In this document: one piece after another, positions 1 through 9,380 of the stretch
How the letters are laid out: every line of letters starts with the position of its first letter
Position numbering within the stretch: position 1 is the first letter of the stretch
Origin: Pirellulales bacterium
GTDB lineage: Bacteria > Planctomycetota > Planctomycetia > Pirellulales > UBA1268
Length of the DNA: 29,431 nt
Assembly: GCA_044358475.1 (NCBI GenBank)
Contig: JBIKNV010000001.1
Location: forward strand, 1 to 29,431
Reading direction: 5' to 3'
Program-made: the position numbers and the translations under genes
The notes under the pieces: generated by a model
Seen by the model: the letters and a program-made list of their open reading frames with translations, nothing else
The model's database searches: none
What the model was told of the DNA's origin: nothing

Positions 1-8
1 CACCAAGA

Positions 9-31
9 AGCCGCCGGCGCGAGCCGGCGGG
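9..31 (+). repeat. REP-like palindromic repeat, copy 1 (8-bp stem, GCGA loop)
   Basis: AGCCGCCGGCGCGAGCCGGCGGG: stem 11-18/23-30, loop GCGA. Equals the copy at 20313-20336 minus one base. Lies 7 nt beyond the epmA stop. Confidence 0.75.
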
Positions 32-37
32 CTGAAA

Positions 38-1006
38 CTACGCGTTATCCGATGAGAACGGCCGGATCGAGTCGATGGAGTCGGCGCCGGCGGCGAGCAT
101 GACGAGGCGATCGAAGCCGAGGGCCGCGCCAACGCCGGTCGGCATCTCGTCGCCGTGGGCGGCGAGGAGCCGCTGAGGAATCGGCAGCAGGCTGCGGTCG
201 TCAGCCGATCGAATCCGATTGGCAGTGTCGATGCGGGCGGCGAGCACGTCGCGGCTGGTCTCCTCCTCCCAGCCGTTCGCAAGTTCCACGCCACGGATGT
301 AGAGCTCGAACCGTCGGGCCATGCGCTGGTCGTCATGATCGAGCCGCGCGAAGGCCGCCTGCGAGGCAGGCCAGGCTTCGAGCATCGTCGGCCGGCCCTG
401 GCCCAGCCGCGGCTGCACCACCTCGGCGAGGAGGGCCTCAAACCAGCGATCCCAAAGGGCTTGCCGCTCATCAGCGTCGGCGGGGCGAGCATGGTATGAC
501 TCGGGCAGACGCAGGCCGGCTGCCCGGCCTGCGTGCGTGAGGTCATCGAGCGTTGCCGTGAGTGGGTCGATCCCGGCATGGGCGGAAAAAGCCTGCGAGC
601 AGGAAAGTCGTTCGATGCCGCCTGTGCCCACGGCTGCGGCGCAGAGCTGCTCCAGCAACGCGGCCGCGTCATCGAGCGTGGTGCCCGGCGCATACCACTC
701 GAGCATCACAAACTCGACATCGTGCTGCGGGCCCCGCTCGCCCGCCCGAAACGACCGGGCGAACTGGTAGATCGGCCCGGCTCCAGCCGAGAGAAGCCGC
801 TTCATCAACGCCTCGGGGCTCGTCTGAAGATAGCGGGGCGGGCCTGAGCCATCGATATGCACGGCCACCGGGTCGATGTGGGCCTCGGGGAGCACCTCGA
901 GGGCGAGCGTCGGCGTGTCGACCTCGATAAATCCGGCCGCGTCGAACACGTCGCGCAGCCGTGCACGAAGATCGGCCCGCAACTGCAGCACAGGTCTGAT
1001 GGACAT
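38..1006 (-). CDS. epmA: EF-P lysine aminoacylase (EpmA/GenX/PoxA), LysRS-like catalytic domain only
   Basis: FIEVDTP, YLQTSPEALMKRLL, IYQFARSFRAGERGPQHDVEFVMLEWY, RFELYIRGVELANG, GAALGFDRLVML; 322 aa with no anticodon-binding OB domain. Confidence 0.92.
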   Translation of the reverse strand: MSIRPVLQLRADLRARLRDVFDAAGFIEVDTPTLALEVLPEAHIDPVAVHIDGSGPPRYLQTSPEALMKRLLSAGAGPIYQFARSFRAGERGPQHDVEFVMLEWYAPGTTLDDAAALLEQLCAAAVGTGGIERLSCSQAFSAHAGIDPLTATLDDLTHAGRAAGLRLPESYHARPADADERQALWDRWFEALLAEVVQPRLGQGRPTMLEAWPASQAAFARLDHDDQRMARRFELYIRGVELANGWEEETSRDVLAARIDTANRIRSADDRSLLPIPQRLLAAHGDEMPTGVGAALGFDRLVMLAAGADSIDSIRPFSSDNA

Positions 1007-1015
1007 GCCCGAAAA

Positions 1016-1477
1016 CTACGTGGTCGCGGCCGGCTTCTTGGCAGCGAGCTTCTCGGCTGTCTCGCGGTAGACAAGCACCGGGCAGGGCGCATGCCGCACG
1101 ATCGCCTCGGCCACGCTGCCCATCAGGAGTCGTGTCAATCCGGTGCGGCCGTGGGTGCCCAGCACGATCATGTCGGCCTGCTCCTCCTCAGCCAGTCGCA
1201 CCACCTCGCCGGCCGGATCACCCATCGTGAGACGGTGCGTGAACGGCACCGTCGTGTCGGCCGGTGTGACGTCTTCGAGCATCTCGAGGATCCGCTCCGA
1301 ACTCGGCTCAGGGATGCCGTAATAGAGTTCGCCGCCACCATATGCCAGCGGCGGCTCCTCGACATGCACGATCAACAGCCGCGCCTGTTGCTGCTTGGCC
1401 AGCGCCTCGGCATGCACGAGCGCCGCATCGCTGGCATGCGAAAAATCAGTCGGAAAGAGAATCGTTTTCTGTGCCAT
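1016..1477 (-). CDS. Universal stress protein (single Usp domain)
   Basis: ILFPTDFS N-terminus; DMIVLGTHGRTGLTRLLMGSVAEAIVRHAPCPVLV with the G-2x-G-9x-GS ATP-binding signature; GGAG upstream of ATG. Confidence 0.93.
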   Translation of the reverse strand: MAQKTILFPTDFSHASDAALVHAEALAKQQQARLLIVHVEEPPLAYGGGELYYGIPEPSSERILEMLEDVTPADTTVPFTHRLTMGDPAGEVVRLAEEEQADMIVLGTHGRTGLTRLLMGSVAEAIVRHAPCPVLVYRETAEKLAAKKPAATT

Positions 1478-1509
1478 GAGAAGGACTCCAGAGAGACGTA
1501 AGCTGTGAA

Positions 1510-1522
1510 CATTGCAATGATA
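1510..1522 (-). promoter_or_regulatory. Candidate usp -10 element (TATCAT) overlapping a 10-bp palindrome CATTGCAATG
   Basis: Minus-strand TATCAT at 1522-1517; perfect palindrome at 1510-1519. No convincing -35. Confidence 0.35.
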
Positions 1523-1547
1523 TCCAGTGAGGGTTTAACCGGCCCAA

Positions 1548-1737
1548 CCGGCTCGGGGGCGGCAAACGTTACGGAAATGCTGCCATCCCTGGCCAGCATT
1601 TCCTTCTCCAACTCCGTCGGAAAGAAAAGCGGGCCTCCAGCCCTTACAGAATCGGGAGGCTCGGGGGTCGGCGAACGCTCGACGAGCCTTGGGCGTATCC
1701 TCGCCCGGCGAGGAGACTTTTGCCGCCCCCGAGCCGG
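1548..1737. repeat. 190-bp structured intergenic element bounded by a perfect 19-bp inverted repeat (MITE-, inverton- or ncRNA-like)
   Basis: CCGGCTCGGGGGCGGCAAA (1548-1566) and its exact reverse complement TTTGCCGCCCCCGAGCCGG (1719-1737); degenerate third copy at 1658-1677; internal perfect 10-bp stem 1573-1582/1594-1603. The repeat is directly visible; its nature is unknown. Confidence 0.8.
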
Positions 1738-1757
1738 ATTTGCTTAGCCGGCGCTCC

Positions 1758-3842
1758 CTAATGCAGCCGCATGCCGGGCAGCGCACCAGAATCAGGCGAA
1801 AGCAGGAAGACACCTGGGCTGCCGGCTCCGCTGGCCGCCACCACCATGCCCTCGCTCAGGCCAAACTTCATCTGCCGCGGCGCGAGGTTGGCGACCACGA
1901 CCACGAGCCGGCCAACGAGTGTTGCCGGCTCGTGAAAGCCCTTGATGCCGGCAAACACGGTGCGGGTCGCGTCGCCGCCGAGGCTCACCGTGAGCTTGAG
2001 CAGCTTCCGTGCCTCGGGCACCTCCTCCGCGGCGATGATCCGCGCCACGCGGAGATCGACCTTGGTGAAGTCGTCGATCGTGCATTCGGGGGCGAGCGGT
2101 TCGGCGGCGAGCGCTTCACCGGAGTCAGCGGCGGATTCGGTCATGGTGGCGGTTCCTGTGGGGGGCGAAGTCGCAGGTGAAGATGGTTGTGTTGCGGCAG
2201 CAGCAAGCAAGGCCTCGAGCTGTGTTGCTTCGACCCGGCGCATCAGCGGCTGGAACGGGCCGACCGGCAAGCCGACGAGCGGCTGCTGAGATTCGTCCCA
2301 TGAGCAGATTGGCCCGCCGACCAAGTCGCCAGCCTGCTCGGCGAGCCGGGGGAGTACCGGCGCCAGGTAGACGGTGATCTGCCGAAACAGGTTGAGGGCC
2401 ACGCTGGCAACCTGCTGAAGTTTTTCGGCGGCTGCGGGCCCGGCCTTGGCGAGCTTCCATGGCTGTTCCGCATCGACATAGGCGTTGGCCCGGTCGGCGG
2501 CCTGCATGATCGTGCGCATCGCACGGGCGAAGTCACACTCCTCGTAGGCCGCCGCGATCTCGGCGCCGTCGGCTGCGGCTCTGGCGAACAGGCCTCCGTC
2601 GTCGGGATACGTCGTTGCCAGGCCGGTCGACTCCAGCCAGCGGGCCGTGCGGCTGGCGAGATTGACCACTTTGCCGACGAGGTCGGCGTTGACCTTGGCC
2701 GCAAACTCCTCGAGGTTCAAGTCGATGTCATCGATCCCACCGGAAAGTTTGGCCGCGTAGTAGTAACGCAGCGCGGCCGGGTCGAGATGGTCGAGGTAGG
2801 TGCGGGCCATGAGGAAGGTGCCGCGGCTCTTCGACATCTTTTGCCCGTTGACGGTGAGGAAGCCGTGGATGCGGACCTTCGTCGGCAGCGCGAGGCCGGC
2901 CGCCTCGAGCATCGCGGGCCAGAAGAGCGTGTGGAAATAGGTGATGTCCTTGCCGATGAAGTGATGGATCTCCGCGGGCGGATCGTTGCCGCCGCCGCGG
3001 TGCCACCAGGTGGCCAGCGACTCGCCATGCGCCACGCACCACTCGCTCGTGGCGGCGATGTAGCCGATGGGCGCATCGAACCAGACGTACCAGTAATGCC
3101 CTGGCTTGTCGGGAATTTCGAAGCCGAAGTAGGGGGCAGGGCGGGAAACGTCCCAGTCGCGAAGTGGCTCGCCAAGAAAATGCCCGGCAAGATAGTTGGC
3201 GATTCGAGGATCGAGCGCTCCCGAGGACGTGGTCCACGTGTCGAGAAAGCCGTGGAGCTTCTCGATCGTCACGAAGAGGTGCTCAGCCGACCGCACCTCC
3301 GGCGTCGCGCCGGAAAGCGTGCTCACGGGGTTCACGAGGTCGGCAGGGCTATAGGTCGCCCCGCACTGCTCGCAGGAGTCACCGTATTGGTCGGCCGCAC
3401 CGCATTTCGGACAGGTACCACGGACAAACCGGTCGGCAAGAAACACACCCGCCTGTGGGTCGAAGAGTTGCTGCACGTCGCGGGAGACCACGAGCCCGCG
3501 GTCGCGAAGGGCCTGCCAGATTTCGCCGCACAACGTCCGGTTGGCTGGACTGTCTGTGGAGCCGTAGTGGTCGAAGGCGATCTGGAAACCGGCGAAGTCG
3601 GCGAGATGGGCCTCCCGCATGCCGCTGATCAGGTCCTGCTCGCTGCGGCCCTCGGCCTTGGCGCGGATCATGATCGCCGTGCCGTGGGTGTCGTCGGCAC
3701 AGAGATAGATCGCCCGATGACCACGAAGCTTTTGGAAGCGGACGAAGATGTCCGTCTGGATGTACTCGACGAGATGCCCGAGGTGGATGTGGCCGTTGGC
3801 GTAGGGCAGGGCGGAGGTGACGAGGATACGGCGATCGGGCAT
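1758..3842 (-). CDS. metG: Methionine--tRNA ligase with C-terminal tRNA-binding (Trbp111-like) domain, 694 aa
   Basis: Start [23 protein letters not shown] (HIGH motif), Zn knuckle CPKC...[25 protein letters not shown]-terminal [14 protein letters not shown] domain. The ORF-track extension to 4148 was trimmed. Confidence 0.97.
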   Translation of the reverse strand: MPDRRILVTSALPYANGHIHLGHLVEYIQTDIFVRFQKLRGHRAIYLCADDTHGTAIMIRAKAEGRSEQDLISGMREAHLADFAGFQIAFDHYGSTDSPANRTLCGEIWQALRDRGLVVSRDVQQLFDPQAGVFLADRFVRGTCPKCGAADQYGDSCEQCGATYSPADLVNPVSTLSGATPEVRSAEHLFVTIEKLHGFLDTWTTSSGALDPRIANYLAGHFLGEPLRDWDVSRPAPYFGFEIPDKPGHYWYVWFDAPIGYIAATSEWCVAHGESLATWWHRGGGNDPPAEIHHFIGKDITYFHTLFWPAMLEAAGLALPTKVRIHGFLTVNGQKMSKSRGTFLMARTYLDHLDPAALRYYYAAKLSGGIDDIDLNLEEFAAKVNADLVGKVVNLASRTARWLESTGLATTYPDDGGLFARAAADGAEIAAAYEECDFARAMRTIMQAADRANAYVDAEQPWKLAKAGPAAAEKLQQVASVALNLFRQITVYLAPVLPRLAEQAGDLVGGPICSWDESQQPLVGLPVGPFQPLMRRVEATQLEALLAAAATQPSSPATSPPTGTATMTESAADSGEALAAEPLAPECTIDDFTKVDLRVARIIAAEEVPEARKLLKLTVSLGGDATRTVFAGIKGFHEPATLVGRLVVVVANLAPRQMKFGLSEGMVVAASGAGSPGVFLLSPDSGALPGMRLH

Positions 3843-3849
3843 GACGCGG

Positions 3850-3855
3850 ATTGTA
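3850..3855 (-). promoter_or_regulatory. -10 element TACAAT, 7 nt before the metG ATG (leaderless layout)
   Basis: Minus strand reads TACAAT-CCGCGTC-ATG; no SD-like sequence upstream. Confidence 0.55.
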
Positions 3856-4017
3856 GGGGGCGGTGCGGAAACCGGGAAACGATGTGGAAATGGGGGCGAC
3901 GGGGCAAGGCCAGCCAGTGAGGCTTTGCCTGAAAATGATCTTGTGGCTCCGCGCGGCCGCCGCCACCATTCGCCGCCTCGTTCCCCCCGAACTTGGTGCA
4001 GCGACGTGGAGCATTGG

Positions 4018-5706
4018 ATGAGCACCGCACGATATGCCGCCCAGAGCAGCCTTCTGACAGCCGCCTGGTGGATGGCCACGATCTCTCCGGCCCAGGCCGA
4101 TCCACGGCCGCTCGCGTCCAGCCCGGCCGCTGCCGTGCAGGCTGCCACCCAAGGAGACGTGGTGCTGCTCGACTTTGCCGCCTCGTGGTGTGGGCCGTGT
4201 CGTCAGATGGCACCGATCATCGGCGAGATCACGGCGGCCGGCTGGGTGGTGCGGCATGTCGATACCGATCAGGAGCCCGATCTCATCCGGCGGTTTGGCG
4301 TGACCGGCGTGCCCTGTTATGTCCTCCTCGTCCGTGGTGAGGAGGTCGGCCGAATCAACGGTGCTACCACGCGAGCCGAGTTGGAGGCCTTGCTCGCCAA
4401 GAGCCGCCAGCCGCTCGGGCTGGCCGCGACGCCGGTCGCTGCTGCGGCGCCGGCCGGGCCGAAACCAGCGCACGTGCCCGGCATTCCTCTGCCTTCTTCC
4501 GTAGCGGCGGCCCCACTGGCAACCGAGCCGCCCGCGGCTCCTCAGATGATTCCAGGAGCTGTGATACGCGGCCCTGCGTCGGTCCAACCAGCCGGACTGG
4601 CGGCCTCCCGCGAACCAGTGTCACGTGGCCCGGCGTCCGCGTCGCCAAGTGCTTCGGCGGATCGATCGCAGGCTCTTCCACCAGACACACGTGCCGCGCT
4701 CGAGCAGAGGCTCTTCCAGGCGACTGCCCGGCTCCGAGTCGACGATCAGCAAGGCATGTCGTGGGGCACTGGCACCGTGATCGACTGTCGCCAGGGGGAG
4801 GCGCTGATTCTGACGTGCGGCCACATCTTTCGCGATTCCGAAGGAAAAGGGCGCGTGGAGGTCGATCTCTTCGGCCCGCAGGGTCCGCGAGGTATCGCCG
4901 GTCAGGTGGTGGCGTATGACCTCACCCGCGACTTGGCCCTCGTGAGCATCTTCACCGATCAGCCGATCGAGCCAGTCCGCGTGGGCGGGGCCGATTGCGA
5001 CACCGCGGCCGGCGAGGCGGTGGTCACGATGGGATGCAATGGTGGTGACGATCCGACGCTCCACTACAGCCAGATCAACGGCGTCGACAAATACCTCGGC
5101 CCCGCGAACGTGCAGGTGGCCGGCCAGCCGGTGCAGGGCCGCAGTGGTGGCGGACTCTTCACGCTCGACGGCACGTTGATCGGTGTCTGCAACGCCGCCG
5201 ATCCCGCCGACAACGAGGGTCTCTATGCCGCCCTTCCGGCCATCCACGAACAACTCGATGAGGCAGGGCTGTCGTTTGTCTACCGCAGCGTCTACCCCAG
5301 CGGTGGCCTGCCAGTCGGTGTGACCGATTCGGCGGGCGTCGTGCCCGCCATGCCCGACGAGATGCCGCAGGTGGCGTTCGACCGGCGCGACCGTGCCGGT
5401 GCGGTGCCCACCGCCTCGACCGGAGCTGACCACGAGCCGCCGGGGCGGGTGGCCGCCGGCGTCGCCGGCGCGACGCTTTCCTCTGGCGAGCAGGCTCTGC
5501 TCGAGCACGTCCGCCAGCACGAGGGCAAGGCAGAAGTGATCTGCATCGTGCGGCCGCACGGGGCCCCGCAGGCGGCCAGCGAGGTGTTCGTGTTGCAGAA
5601 TGCGAGCCGTGGCTTTGTCGAACATCTCTCGCGCACCCACCTCGGCGACGCGCAGCAGTCGGTGCAGGACATGGCAGCGACTCCGGCTGCCGCCGTCACG
5701 CGGTAG
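4018..5706 (+). CDS. Exported thioredoxin-domain / trypsin-like serine protease fusion, 562 aa
   Basis: GGAG before ATG 4018; putative signal peptide ending AQA; Trx [11 protein letters not shown]; Pro/Ala linker; protease LTCGH (His), DLALV (Asp), GRSGGGLF (Ser). Confidence 0.8.
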   Translation: MSTARYAAQSSLLTAAWWMATISPAQADPRPLASSPAAAVQAATQGDVVLLDFAASWCGPCRQMAPIIGEITAAGWVVRHVDTDQEPDLIRRFGVTGVPCYVLLVRGEEVGRINGATTRAELEALLAKSRQPLGLAATPVAAAAPAGPKPAHVPGIPLPSSVAAAPLATEPPAAPQMIPGAVIRGPASVQPAGLAASREPVSRGPASASPSASADRSQALPPDTRAALEQRLFQATARLRVDDQQGMSWGTGTVIDCRQGEALILTCGHIFRDSEGKGRVEVDLFGPQGPRGIAGQVVAYDLTRDLALVSIFTDQPIEPVRVGGADCDTAAGEAVVTMGCNGGDDPTLHYSQINGVDKYLGPANVQVAGQPVQGRSGGGLFTLDGTLIGVCNAADPADNEGLYAALPAIHEQLDEAGLSFVYRSVYPSGGLPVGVTDSAGVVPAMPDEMPQVAFDRRDRAGAVPTASTGADHEPPGRVAAGVAGATLSSGEQALLEHVRQHEGKAEVICIVRPHGAPQAASEVFVLQNASRGFVEHLSRTHLGDAQQSVQDMAATPAAAVTR

Positions 5707-5709
5707 AAT
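5704..5709 (+). promoter_or_regulatory. -10 element TAGAAT, 7 nt before ATG 5717 (leaderless layout); its TAG is the upstream gene's stop codon
   Basis: TAGAAT-CAGTTGC-ATG. Confidence 0.55.
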
Positions 5710-5716
5710 CAGTTGC

Positions 5717-6361
5717 ATGCTGCAGGTTCTCGTACGGCATGGTGAGAGCGTCTCCAATCTCGAGGGACGCGTGCAGGGGCAGGAAGACGTCGCTCTCTCG
5801 GCTCGCGGACAGGTGCAGGCGGATGCCGTCGCAGCCTGGAGCCGCGCTGAGTTTGGCGGTGCTGCGCCGCCGATCGACGAGGTCTGGTCGAGCCCGCTCG
5901 TGCGGGCCCGCGACACCGCGGCCCGGATCGCCGCCGCCCTCGGCCTGCCACTCAAGATCGACGAGCGGCTCCGGGAGTTGCACGCCGGGATCTTTCAGGG
6001 CCACCTGTGGGCCGATCTCGAGGAGCGGTTTCCCGAGGCCGTGGCCCGCTGGCGGAGCGGGGATGTCGACTATGCGATCCCCGGAGGTGAGTCTCGGGCC
6101 CAGTTGGCGGCCCGCGGGCATGCGGTGCTCGAATCGCTGGCCGCCCGTGACGTGGGTCGCATGATCGTCGTCGCTCACGGAGGCATCCTGACGGCGGCGC
6201 TGGGCAGCCTCGTTGGTCGCACCCATCCGCTGCTGGCTACCGCCGCCGAGCGACCGTTCACGAAGCTGCCGGCGCTGGCCAACTGTTCGGTCACCCGCAT
6301 CGAGTGGCCCGGCCCCATGCTCGTCTCGTTTAACGAGACCGGTCACCTCCCTGCGGCGTGA
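5717..6361 (+). CDS. Histidine phosphatase family protein (phosphoglycerate mutase-like), 214 aa
   Basis: LVRHGES N-terminal motif, WSSPLVRARDTA, ERLRELHAG, PGGES, VVAHGG, LANCSVT. Confidence 0.9.
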   Translation: MLQVLVRHGESVSNLEGRVQGQEDVALSARGQVQADAVAAWSRAEFGGAAPPIDEVWSSPLVRARDTAARIAAALGLPLKIDERLRELHAGIFQGHLWADLEERFPEAVARWRSGDVDYAIPGGESRAQLAARGHAVLESLAARDVGRMIVVAHGGILTAALGSLVGRTHPLLATAAERPFTKLPALANCSVTRIEWPGPMLVSFNETGHLPAA

Positions 6362-8186
6362 GCGCGGCGGATGGCTGTTTCGTCACGGTCACCGTCACCG
6401 GAGCCGCGTTGGCGACGGCGACACCGTCGAGGTGGGCCGTGGCATGGAGCATGAGGTCGCCTGGCCCGAGATCAGTGGCGGCGACGTTGAGGCCGGTGTC
6501 GAGCGGATTGTCATCCGCGGTGAGTCGTCCCAGCACGCGGCCGGCGGTGAACACCGTCACGCTGTCGGCGGGAGTGCCGCTGATCGTGATGTGGAGCGAG
6601 CCCGCCATCGAGACGTGCCGCGGCTCGGCGGAGAGCGTGAGGCGCTGGCCGTGGTTGGTGAATGTCACTCCCCGCACCCAGCGGCCCTGAATCTCGAGCG
6701 GCGATGAATCGATCGCCACGACCCGCAGCTCATGGTGGCCGTCGCTGAATCGGGCCGTGTCGAGCGGGAGATGGTCGCCCTCCCGGCATGACGCGATACG
6801 GATGCCGTCGACGAATATATCGTAGCGGCCGATCGGTGAAGCCTCCGCGGGCGTGCCGTGTGGCATGAGCGTGAGCGAGCCCGCGAGTGGACGTGCCAGA
6901 TCGAGCGGTTCGCCGGACTGAGCGTCGGCGACGGTGACGTCCACCGTGGGAATGTGCGCCCAGGGCTGACAGAGTGGGTCACCAACCACGAGCAGCTGGT
7001 AGGGCGACCGCACCGACCGATAGAAGGCCTCGGCAAGGCAGGCCCCGCGCACGTAATGAAGATGCAGCGCCGGAGTGGGGAACTTGTCGGCGAGCGCGTA
7101 GGGCTCGATCACCGTGCCACTCGCCCCGGCGGCTCCGGCCCGGACGAATTCGGAAAGCGGTGTCTGCTCGGCCCCGGGTGAGAACACGCCGCCGAAGCTT
7201 GTGAGATTGTCGCAGATCGCTCCCGAAAGGAGTCTGCTGCCACTCGCGGCCCAGTCGAACTCGGCCGTGCCGGCCATCAGGCCGGCGACATCGGCCTTCT
7301 CACGTGGCAGCGTACCGGTGACGACTTTGGCGGTGGCGCCGGCGGCCTGGATGGCGGCGACGGCAGCCGGAAAACCGGCGCTGCGGGTGGTCGTGCGGAC
7401 GTCGGAGTTGGTCAAAAAAAAGATCGTGCCGGCCGGTTGGCTGCCGTCGGCCGCGCTCGATGCTCCGAGGCTCGTGACGATCTCATCCACTGAGTTGCCT
7501 CGACCTGCCGTCACGCCGAGCATCACGGCGAGCACATGGTGGCTGCCGCCCGCTGCCGCGGGCTCACCTTCCGGCCCCCAGGCGGTGGTGGCGCGAAAGC
7601 CGCGTGTCGTGGCTACGGTGCCATCGGTCGACGGTGGCGGGGCATAGCGGTTGGTATGCCGCCCCAGCCAGCGCGGGATGCTGCCGACGGGTGGCTCGAG
7701 CGTGGTGGCATAGAGAAACGTCATCCCGGTGAGGGAGCCGGCAGGATATTTGTCGCGGGCCACGAGCGACGCCGGCAGATCGTCACGGAAATCGATCCGC
7801 CAGGGGAAGCCGCATGAGTAGGCGATGCAGTCGATCTGGGTCGCGAGGCCACGGGTATCGATCGCGGTGAGCACGGGCCCGAGGATCCGCTCCCGAAAGA
7901 CACTGATCGGGACGGCATCGTCGGGGCCGTCCCAGGCGATGGCGAGTACGTTGATTGGCGGAATGCTGCGGAGGGCCACGAACGCATTGGCCACGGCAAG
8001 GCTGTCAGAGTTCGACGTGTTGACGACCACGAACAGGTTTTCGGGACCACCGCCGGCGCGGCATGGGAGGGCCCATGACAAGAGCAGCACCGCTGCCAGC
8101 CAGAGCGCTGGCGGCGGCACACGAAAAAATCGGTGCCGCGACAAAAACACCGCCCGGCCCTCATTCATTCCTGGCATTTCGCTCAT
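6330..8186 (-). CDS. TIGR03790-family-like exported protein with C-terminal beta-sandwich extensions, about 618 aa
   Basis: Signal peptide then GGGPENLFVVVN; ICDNLTSFGG, QTPLSEFVRAGAAGASGTVIEPY, GACLAEAFY, VVGDPL resemble TIGR03790 as I recall it. Start 8186 chosen from an upstream TATTGT-N6-ATG; 8177 and 8168 are alternatives. Confidence 0.7.
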   Translation of the reverse strand: MSEMPGMNEGRAVFLSRHRFFRVPPPALWLAAVLLLSWALPCRAGGGPENLFVVVNTSNSDSLAVANAFVALRSIPPINVLAIAWDGPDDAVPISVFRERILGPVLTAIDTRGLATQIDCIAYSCGFPWRIDFRDDLPASLVARDKYPAGSLTGMTFLYATTLEPPVGSIPRWLGRHTNRYAPPPSTDGTVATTRGFRATTAWGPEGEPAAAGGSHHVLAVMLGVTAGRGNSVDEIVTSLGASSAADGSQPAGTIFFLTNSDVRTTTRSAGFPAAVAAIQAAGATAKVVTGTLPREKADVAGLMAGTAEFDWAASGSRLLSGAICDNLTSFGGVFSPGAEQTPLSEFVRAGAAGASGTVIEPYALADKFPTPALHLHYVRGACLAEAFYRSVRSPYQLLVVGDPLCQPWAHIPTVDVTVADAQSGEPLDLARPLAGSLTLMPHGTPAEASPIGRYDIFVDGIRIASCREGDHLPLDTARFSDGHHELRVVAIDSSPLEIQGRWVRGVTFTNHGQRLTLSAEPRHVSMAGSLHITISGTPADSVTVFTAGRVLGRLTADDNPLDTGLNVAATDLGPGDLMLHATAHLDGVAVANAAPVTVTVTKQPSAALTPQGGDRSR

Positions 8187-8273
8187 CAAAGAACAATACT
8201 CAGGGAGTCCTTTCGAGGGATGAACCCACCACACTGTCCGGCACACGGCTGGCTTGCCCAGGCCAGAGAACGA

Positions 8274-9281
8274 ATGGATACGAAACATGGACAGTTTGGC
8301 CGGAAGCGACGAGCCGATCATGGGCTTACGTTGGTGGAGCTCTTGGTGGTCGTCGCCATCATCGGTGTTCTCATCGGCCTCCTGCTGCCGGCCGTTCAGG
8401 CGGCCCGTGAATCGGCGCGACGGATGAGTTGCCAGAACAACCTCAAGCAGATTGGCTTGGGGATGCACAACTTTTCGACAGCTTTCAAGGAGCGGTTTCC
8501 GCCGGGGCGGGTTCAATACGGCAGCTTCAAGACGATTTCGTGGTCGACATTCTTCATGGATTTTCTCGAGCAGTCCGAGCTGACCGCGACCTGGGAGGAT
8601 CTGACGGCAAGCCAGCGTGCGAATCCCGCGCCGGATTCGCGGCTGTACGTGAAGGCGAACTTTACGGATGTGATCAATCAAAATGCCACGAAGACGAAAG
8701 TGTCTGTCTACCTCTGCCCAAGTGTGAGCGACGAGCACCGCACGCGAAACAATGATCTCATCGCAGAGGCCGGTCAATATTCAGGCATGGCGTGCATTGA
8801 CTACTTTGGGAATGGTGGGATCACGCCGAACGACTCAGACTTCAAGATGCCTGACGGTGTCACCAATTACCCAAGTTACAACGGTACACTGCTGGCGTCC
8901 TCGGCTGCCGATGCGCCGTCGACGATTACCAAAGGGATTCAGTATCGAGAGGTGACCGATGGCCTCTCCAAAACCATTCTGGTCTTTGAGGCCAGCGGAG
9001 CGGGCATCGATGGTTCTGCCGCCACCGGAGTGTGGGCCGCGGGCTACAACTGCAATTACATTGGCCACACCACGGGATCGGTTCCCGTGATCAATCCGAA
9101 GGATTACGCGGATCGCGTCTGGGAAGGTAGCCCGAATACGCCGATGTTTTCCCAGCACCCCGGGGGCGTCAATGTGCTCATGTGCGATGGCGCAGTGCAT
9201 TTCCTGAATCAGACCACTGAAAAAAACGTCGTGTGTGGCCTCGCGTCGCGCAATACCGGCGAGATCGTGAGCATCGAGTAG
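8274..9281 (+). CDS. DUF1559 family prepilin-type protein with H-X9-DG motif, 335 aa
   Basis: GLTLVELLVVVAIIGVLIGLLLPAVQAARESARRMSCQNNLKQIGLGMHNF; YLCPS; HPGGVNVLMCDGAVHFL. Confidence 0.93.
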   Translation: MDTKHGQFGRKRRADHGLTLVELLVVVAIIGVLIGLLLPAVQAARESARRMSCQNNLKQIGLGMHNFSTAFKERFPPGRVQYGSFKTISWSTFFMDFLEQSELTATWEDLTASQRANPAPDSRLYVKANFTDVINQNATKTKVSVYLCPSVSDEHRTRNNDLIAEAGQYSGMACIDYFGNGGITPNDSDFKMPDGVTNYPSYNGTLLASSAADAPSTITKGIQYREVTDGLSKTILVFEASGAGIDGSAATGVWAAGYNCNYIGHTTGSVPVINPKDYADRVWEGSPNTPMFSQHPGGVNVLMCDGAVHFLNQTTEKNVVCGLASRNTGEIVSIE

Positions 9282-9380
9282 TGGCGGCACGCCCGTGCGA
9301 CTGCAGCGGTTCCGCGTTGAAACCGCCGTCGGCACTGCCCTCCCTATTCGTTATCCTCGGGGGGAGAAGGGCCGGCATCG

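Noticed and set aside
1512-1527. Possible sigma54 promoter for usp (TGG...TTGC on the minus strand)
   Set aside because: GG-to-GC spacing is 8 nt, not the required 10.
1518-1600. Resemblance to a SAM-I riboswitch (ATATCCAG..AGGG..GGCCC..GGCAA) near metG
   Set aside because: It is on the strand opposite metG and downstream of it, with no + strand gene to control; the P1 3' strand and P3/P4 consensus are missing.
1560-1725. GGCAAA motifs suggesting a c-di-GMP-I (GEMM) riboswitch, or a 6S RNA given the 190-nt size
   Set aside because: No GNRA-capped P2 followed by GACGCAAAGC; the interior is multi-branched rather than the single rod with central bubble of 6S. An Rfam scan is still needed.
3843-4148. 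102-aa N-terminal extension of MetG, and the similar extensions of the 3817, 5600, 8777, 8133, 20271, 23933 and 28354 ORFs
   Set aside because: The extensions overlap neighbouring genes or promoters and carry no family motifs; downstream ATGs have -10 or SD support.
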